64,000 bases of DNA, from NCBI GenBank assembly GCA_965649765.1, contig OZ287751.1:7006001-7070000 (forward strand), read 5' to 3'. Positions 52,401-61,400 of the stretch are shown here, piece by piece (position 1 is the stretch's first letter; every line of letters starts with the position of its first letter). The stretch is from Bispira polyomma (lineage: Eukaryota). Made by a program: the position numbers and the translations under genes. The notes below the pieces were generated by a model that worked only from the letters and a program-made list of their open reading frames with translations, did no database searches and had not been told where the DNA came from.

Positions 52401-55400
52401 CTTTGCAGCTGAAATTTTTTAATCACAGGGGAAAGTTTGATTGTAATATGTATTTTTGAAAGAATACTACTTACCAATTTCTAACATGCAAATTGTCCTC
52501 CTTCCTTTGCCTATAGAGTGGTGTCAAAATTTAAACAGAATATGATTGGTTGGGGACTAGGTCAGATAGACTAGGTGAGATACTCTGCTGAGTCACATTT
52601 TTGGTCAAGGTTGATAGTAGTTGTTTTTTTAACCTGTTGTTAACTTTTGATTCAAGCTTGTGCAAATGTTGAGTACACCTTACCTAATGTAATCATATAG
52701 AAGCATTAAGTAGGGGTTATATATTTGTCATTAACTGGTCTATATCCTCACAATGCGTGCATTTTGTTTTATTTCCAGTGGATACCACCCTCCTCAAACC
52801 AATACAAGTGTATATTACATATTGACATGCTAGAAGCTGAGGTGTATGAAGTAGTATTTGTCCTGGATGTGCCTGACATCAGTGAGGATGTTTCTGTGAG
52901 AGATGTCAACATTACTGGATGCATTTCTGAAGGTGTATTTTTATACAAAGTTATAATGTTTATGTTTTTATTTCTATAGCGCCACAATCGATGACCAGGC
53001 ATCCTCTGTGGCGCATATCCTAATAAGTGTGCAAAAGGATAGTCTGGTAGACAGAAAAAGGTTCGTGATTAGAGTTCAGTCGTGACCAGCAGATGAAAGC
53101 TATGATGAGAAAGCGAGCTGATACAGATGTGTTTTGACATTTTTTCTGAAAGACTTTTATCATTAGGATAGTCTTTAACTTTTCAATCTTGTGGTGTATT
53201 TTGTGTGTGCATATATGACAACTAATATCACAGTTCAGATACTGCTCTTTAGGGTACGAATTGTTTGTGTGGATCATAATTAGATTTATTATCATGGTCT
53301 TCCATGGCGAGGTAGTTAGGGAGTTGGTCTGGTGATCGGATCTTCCCTAGTTCACCTCGCACTTTTGCACCTATGTTTGTGGGTGGATAAACATCATTGG
53401 GAAAGTTGTGAACTCACCATTGCCCACTATTGATGACCCAGACTATGTTATATGACCTCTTTTTGGGGGAATAAGTCCCTTAGAGGATGGCACATTAATC
53501 AAGCACTATATAAATGCTCAATACTCATAATATTGCAGATTTATTTGTGTACTAATATTTCAATTCTATTTGTTTTTTTTACATTGAAGAAACCACTACA
53601 GAAACTACTTCTACTGTAGTACCAACAACAACTACCAGTGAGTTGAATTGTGTTTGCACAAATACATCAAGATACTTAAGATACAATAGAAACTCTATTT
53701 GATGAACAATTTCGGAGAGCAAAATTCTGTTAGCATAATAGAAGGTTCATAAAATAGGAGAGGCTTTTTATAATATGAACAATGGGAAATATGAATTTGG
53801 GAGAGTGAACATGTTCATAAAATCAAGTATATGGATAAAAAAAATAGAAGTTCTGATAATAGAGTTTCTGGTTCACTAGCACAACTTTAATACTTGTATT
53901 TTATAAATACTTGTACTTTAGAAGGGAACATTTCATGTGGGTATTACTGTCACCACTCTTTTTTTTCTATTGGGCTTCAATTTGTGTTGATTTTTTTAGA
54001 AGTAAAAATTATCAAGACTGACTATATCACATTACAAATAGTAGAACTAGTGATTATTTATATTATACTGAATACACATGCATGTCCTACAGAATGGCAT
54101 TATAGAATCTGTAGAACGAAAGGGAAAATGTAAATAGTATTTAGATATCTTCAGTCACACGGTAAAGAAAGCATATATTTTGATATCCACTTTCATTAGC
54201 TTTAACTGTTAAATACAACTAAGTGATGTAATGGTAACACACTTCCCTCTAACCTCATCAGCCGTGTGTTCGAATATTGGCCATGACTTATAAATGGTAA
54301 AGTTGGCAGAAGACTTGCTAAAGGCTAGCTGTTGGCAGAGCAGAGCACCTTGTGACAAACTACAATGTTCTGATTTTCTCCACCAGTGAACTTGATGATA
54401 TGAAACAAAATGTGTTGTAAGCAATGTAATGAATTGAATGTGATCTACACCATGTACATCTGTAATCCTGCATACTTTCTTTAATTAAACTGCATTTGAC
54501 ATGCGTTTTTTTTATTTAAAAACATTTCTACACATGAGATGAACTTTGTGTTTTAGGTGAAAGTCCATGTGTTTACTTGACTGGAAATCTGCTGGACAGC
54601 AATGTGTTGGGTCAGAGCTTTAGTCTCCGTGCATCCAGTAACGATGAAAAGACTGCCAAGGCATTGAAGGGCAGTGGGTCAGCGTGGAAAGCTTATAAAT
54701 CAGATGTAACAGACGGTGTGGTGACCTATACCTTTGAACTCGACTCTCCTGGTCAGTTGATGTACTTCCAGGCCACAGCCTACGGTGTGGAATCGATGAA
54801 ATTCAAAGTAAAACTTGCCGGAACTGCAGAATTCAAGCTATTTAGAAGTAGCATATTCTCAGATGGGGTGAGTTAAATACTGTTTCCATACACCCGTACA
54901 CGGCATCCGTAAACCTGTCCATCAAAGAGGCATGATGTTTCTATAACTGTGTATATATAGGTTTTAAGGCATAACTTTCTTTTTTATGGTCTGCTGTTTA
55001 AAATTCATTTACCTTTTTGTTCAGTGTCTCAGATCTTGACACCAAATAACCAAACTTATGTTACACAGTAGACCGAATAATCTGTCCCAATTTAGCAAGA
55101 TTCCTTGCTGATATTTTGACGACTGAATCACGAATAAGGCTTCGGCTACCATAAGCCACGCATTGTAAATCAAAATCAGCATATATAGAGATAGAATCTG
55201 GTTAAAATAAATATATACCCTCATTCCTTATATATGATGCCTACGTGGTACATATCAATTAATATAATATAAAAACTAAACCACAAACATTGGCACAACT
55301 CTGTCGGCCATGTTACGTCAGGCTAAATTTACAACGTTTTGCTTATGGTAGCCGCTCTGTTGCCAATCGGCTATACCTCAGTTTAAAATGCTGTCATCAG

Positions 55401-58400
55401 CAGCAGAATACTTGGTTACTCTAGTTACACAGCAGTACATATTTCTTGAAACTTCCACTGTTTGTATGGATAAAATTTCCCTTCTGGAGGTGTGTTTTGC
55501 GGAACTGTATGACTTACACAGATGTATATGGGAACACCCTAAAGGAAAATAGAACTGTTGATGTGTACATGTGATGCATGTATGAATAGCTTTTACGCCT
55601 GTATGAAAACCGGGCATTAGACTGCATCTTTTGTCTCGTGGTATTCACTACAAATGTTAAAATTTATTAAAACACATATCGAAGAAAATTGCACCCTCAT
55701 TCGCAATCATGGTATCTACTGACAAGGTTTCGATAATCTGAATTATAAATTCATTTTTACAATACTTGTTATTTAACAACATAGAAATAATATGAACTGT
55801 TTTACTTATATTTGGTTTGTTTATCCCACTAATTTGGCTTAGACTTCTTCAATGTATGGTGGATTTATAATATAATACCCAATAAAAGTATATTTATATC
55901 AGCCCAAATTCAGGAATACTTATAAACTAGATAAAAACACAAGATGTGGATTGAAATGGCCAGTTTTTTCAACTGACAAAAACTGTATATATTAAACCAA
56001 GCATACAATATCTTATCATTATTTGGAGATTTATGCAAAATTTTATTGATACATATACATGTATCAAACCAATAAAAACATGGACTTATTGGTAATTTCA
56101 TTTGTGCATATACAGCATTAAGGCTTCAGGAAAGACAGTAGACTCAATAAAGATAAGTATACATACACAGTTATAGTCAGGATCTCTGGAAAAGTTGTGT
56201 AGGTTTATATTAAAATATCTATAATTAGATATCTTCGGTGTTTGCATTACGTAAAATAATGTTCCATTTCTAGGTGAATCTTAAACAAAATGACAGTTAC
56301 AGTGACGTGTTGGAAATACCCAGAGTGCAGCTCAATACTGGAGATATAGTAACAGCAGTCAAGATTATAATGGAACCTATCAACCCAGAACAAGTTGATG
56401 TTTCATTGGACAATCTCTCTGTATATGCATGCTTCAATGGTATGCTTGACACTATTTGATATTTCAGTGTTACACTATACAAATAAACTACAAATTTTGT
56501 GTTATTGAATAATATATTTATATACACATGTGGAGAATGTTATAAACATATTTTAAGGCCTCACAATGTTCCAATAATTTTCAGCCTTCTTATAATTTCC
56601 CCACATTTTTGTCAAAACTTCCTTTTTATTTTTCTGAAAATATGTTGCCGTATAGCAAAAGTGAGTAATTGGGCGATATATAGCTAAAGTAAGGTGTCTT
56701 GTAAATCTCAGCGTACAATTTCAAAACAATGACTGCCTATATGTACACATATTCTAGCTATACATTCTGGCTATTTTGTTGAGATACTTCAGTAATTAGT
56801 GCTAAGGTTTTTCAGTTATTATGACCAAGCCTGTGTCACATGATAACTACTTCTACAAGTAATGCAGTGCAATGTTGCTTTTTATTACTACCCAAATTCC
56901 AATATGTTTCCACCATTGAGGTTGCCTGTATTTCTCCAATATTTTATGACATTCCAATTGGCCCCTTTCAATCCCTATAAGTTGCTGGCAAGCAGTCGAC
57001 CCCCTGAAAATATTCGCAATAGGATTTTGTTAGTAGTACAGCCAAAATGTTTTGTTAAAAAAATTATACGTGAGGCCATTATTGTATGCCAGAGGTAGTC
57101 TGTGGTGTGTGTTTTAGTGACTCCAACTATCTGTAATTTATTATTAAAACATTTTCTTCAGCTCCCAGTTCAGATAGTTTTCTCTAAAAAACAAACAGAA
57201 TTTTAGGCACTAAGTGGACAAAACACATCTATATCAGCTCGCTTTCCCACTTTAACATTCATCTGCTGGTCATGACTGAACTCTGATCACGAACCTTTTT
57301 CCGTCTACCGGACTATCCTCTTGCACACTGATTAGCATATGCACCACAGAGGATGCCTGGTCATATAAAAGTAAAAAAATTTACATTAACTTTTTCTTAC
57401 TTTTCAGGAAGTCTGCCCAGCACATCAACTGCCACAAGTAGGTCATCTTACCACAATTGTGCTATTACATAATAACATCATTCAATACAATGTTTCCAAA
57501 TGCTGTTTTTCAAAGGGGATGGGGTTTCTTCTGTAAAAGCCTATGTGTGACCCTACAAAAATACACAAAACCAAAATTGTTTGAATATCATGCAGAATTA
57601 ATTCTTAGTAATGGTTTGAAATACTTAAATGCAGATGTGTAATGCTTTAGACCTTAGATTATCCTATCTGGCCACAATTGTATTACTAACTGTATTTTAT
57701 TTTAAAAAAAAGATATTAAACTGCTCAAAGTGACATGAAACCCCAATAAACTTGTGATACCCAAGCATAAATGATTTTATTGATAGTAAAACCTTGCATA
57801 GAGTTGTGTAACTCAACTGGAACTCCTATTAGTAGACTCAAACCTTTGATTCCTTGAATAAATACATACCATCAATGATCAAGAAAATATAGACTGTAAA
57901 ATTTGTTTTCATTAAATAAGTAAATCTAAATGAACAATTATGGAATGGGAATTATGAATCTGTTTAAGTGATACTTTATCAAATAAGAAAGTGGAACTGT
58001 TTACAGTTATCCTTAAACAGAACTCTGTTATGTTAGAGTAATTAGCATTTGTACTTGGCCTTATTTTTAGAGATTGTTTGACAAATATTGGTTTTCCATT
58101 TTAGCACCTTCCTATCCATGTGATGGAGATTTACTAGAATTGGACTATAACACTCCCAACAAAGACGAAAAATTTGAAACCCGAGTAGTTGACGAGGCAG
58201 GGAGAGATGGGTCTTTCTTACGTGGCTCTAATGCACAATACACTGCAAACTCAGATCTACTTACGGTGAAAATGGATTTAGTTGGCGACAACATTTTTAG
58301 TATGGCTGGATATCGTTTTGTTGTTATAGGTGTCCAAAATATAACAATTGTGATAACCACTCCAGATAACGTGAGCACCGCCCTCACACCAGACCAGGTT

Positions 58401-61400
58401 AGTATTTGTGAGAAGTTTCGGGGTTTTTTTGTGTCTTCCAAATGAATATATGTTTGTACTTAATGAATATATTGATAACATTTTGTACTAATATAACCCC
58501 ATAATACACACCATTTACATCTATTCATCACGCTTGGTAATTTAACCAGGAAAAGAAGTTTGAGAAAAAAAGAACGAAAATAAGCCTAAGTTTTTGCCAA
58601 GTCAAACACTTTTTGTGGATACCACCCCTGCTTATATAACCAGTTATATATACCCTTTTTCTGTAATAAAGGCCCCCTCCTTTAACATCCCCCCCTTCTA
58701 TAAAAAGAAGGAAAAGTGAAAAAATGTTAAAATAGTGAGTTATATTTTAAAATTGCAATTTGTACGATAATGCAGATCACCATGACATGTAAATTACTTA
58801 CAGTGACCTGCGGTCAAGCATCCAGGTATTTTGTGGCTCAATATATTACATTCCCACATATCAATAATGTTTTTTGTTGTAGTGTCAAATTGTGCTAATT
58901 TATGCACGTATATAAATCATTAATCACTAGTAACAGACTTTCTAAAATGGCCTGGGAGAAAAGAAATACTGTTTTTAAGAATAGCCCCCCGTTTTGGGAA
59001 AAAGCCCTGGCGATGTTTATCTGCAGAATTGACAGCATATAGCTTTATGTCTTTCTTGCTTAAAGGATAGCTCTGTCCTGGATAACCCTGGCAGACCACT
59101 TTTGGTTGCTTCACCGGCGGATCCAACTAATGCTGTCGACATCAAGTCTCTATCTATTGTGCTCACTAAACACAATGATGTAGAGAATGTCACCATTAAA
59201 GATCTGGTATTATTTACATGTGAACACCAGACCACAACACCAAGCCTAACAACTACTACCCCAGGTAAGTGTTACTGTCACTACAGACTGACGATAAAAT
59301 ACAGGCCCCAGTTTCACAAAGCCCTACTAAAATTAGGATATAGTATCCTACTAAATCCTAAGTTAGTAGGGCAATAGTAGGTGATTTAGTATAATACTAA
59401 AGTGTTTCACTAAAGCTCTACTAGTGATGTACTAAATCACTGAGATAGTAGAGCTACTAAAGTTAGAAGGATACTATTTGCCTTGGAAACAAAGTCACAT
59501 GACCTTTTACACAACAGCAACAATGGCTGAATTTGATGGTCAACTTTGTCCACCTGAAAAAAAGAAAAGGCCAAGGGGCAAGAATTACACAAGTCAGGAG
59601 TTAGAATGTTTAGTGGTTGAGGTAGAAAAGAATAACAAGATTTTACAAAGCAAATTTTCGGACACCATCACTAATGCTAAAAAGCAAAACCTTTGGAAAA
59701 CTATTGCTAGAGCTGTAAGTTCTGTCAGTTCTGTGTCACAAAGTAAGATATATCCACTCAAAATTACTACACTGTGAAAAACCTTTAATTTTTGTACAAA
59801 ATATGTAAATTTCATATACACACTGAAGCATACGACATTTTACACATTTCTCTACTAAATTTAGAAGACCTAAGTTGGTATCCTAAATTTAGTAGAGAAG
59901 TTAGTAGAATTATTTTGATAAGATGCCTTTGTGAAACACAAAAGTTAGTAGTGTCTTATACTTAGTATCCTACTAAATATTTAGTATCCTACTAACTATT
60001 TAGTATTCCACTAAATATTTAGTAGCGAAATTAGAATAACCTACTAAATATTTAGTATCCTACTATCTTAGTGAAACAGATAGTAGGATGTTAGTAGGCT
60101 ACTAGTATTTAGTAGCATACTAAGTAGATAGTAGGGCTTTGTGAAACTGGGGCCAGAAATACTAATGTCTTCACACAATGTCTTCACACAATGACAGTAT
60201 ATGGAGAGGCAATAAGAGATGGTTTTAAAAGCCATGATCCCTATCTGTAACTTCCCCTAAGTTTAACTTCATTTCCAAACCTTCTGCAGTCGCCCATATC
60301 AGGCGGAAGTTTTGGGTAGGGTATTTCCGCAGCACTACTGTATGTCCGTCATAGTAATAATGTTTTTCTGCCGTAACTCTTCTGTGCCAGTAATTGTTTG
60401 TTTCTGTCTGTAAAACTTATCTGAACATGTATCAGGGGTATATTTCCCCCAGATGAAACAGCTGATTTAACAGGTGGCAAGGCAAGTTACAAGACCTTCT
60501 GGTACTGCCCATCATACCCCCACTATGTGAAAGGGTCATAATATGTCAACTGGGTTTCAACAGTTTGAGAAACCTAGTTTACAAAATAATGGAGGTGCAG
60601 ATATTGCAAGTGCTTTAAATACTCAACTATCAATCTTTGACTGTTATGTTATATATAAGATTTTCTAGAATGTTATACAAATACATCATTTTTTGCCTTG
60701 ATTAATCTCTCATAGGTAATTGTGCCACAAAAAAGTCAACAGTTATAATTATGGGGGATATTGAAAGTAAATTTATACACATACACCTGTAGTATGTACA
60801 TATGAGTTATACCACTTAAAACACCACACATAATCACCTATATAATCAACCGAACAGGCATTTTCATATTTTCTTTGTTAGATAATTTTTTAGCTATACA
60901 TCCCACACTAGTAGTATTGTTAAAGGCCATTTCAACACTGGAGCCATATCGAAATGGGACAATGTCAACACCAAAAAATTAAGTTAACTCATCGTGGATT
61001 GAAAAATTAATCCTCAGCTAGTATTGGAAATGTTGTTAACAATCTGACCTGAGAAATTTTAACATAACTCCAGAACGTATATTTGGGTGTTTAAACGGGC
61101 CCCTCAAAATCGGGTGCTATTTTAAAATCACCCCTGATGTCAAAACGGCATATTACTACTATTACTACACTATCATGCAGTACATTTAATTTGATATTTT
61201 TAGATTACAAGTTATGTTATACTTTTCTTACAGGTGTATGTGAACCAACGGAAAATGAAATAACCCTGAAGGATCTCAGGTTAATAAAGAAGCAAAACCA
61301 AGACAATAGTGGATCTGAAAACAGTGTAATAACTGACAAGGAAGTGAGTGCTTCTCTGGGTTCTAGAACCCTTGGGCTGTTCTCAATATTACACTATTTT

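Noticed and set aside
54880-55615. Possible TIR element with a MADF-like remnant
   Set aside because: The ends (CTGTTTCCATACACCCGTA / TACGCCTGTATGAAAACCGG) are only loosely complementary and no clean TSD or ORF could be supported.
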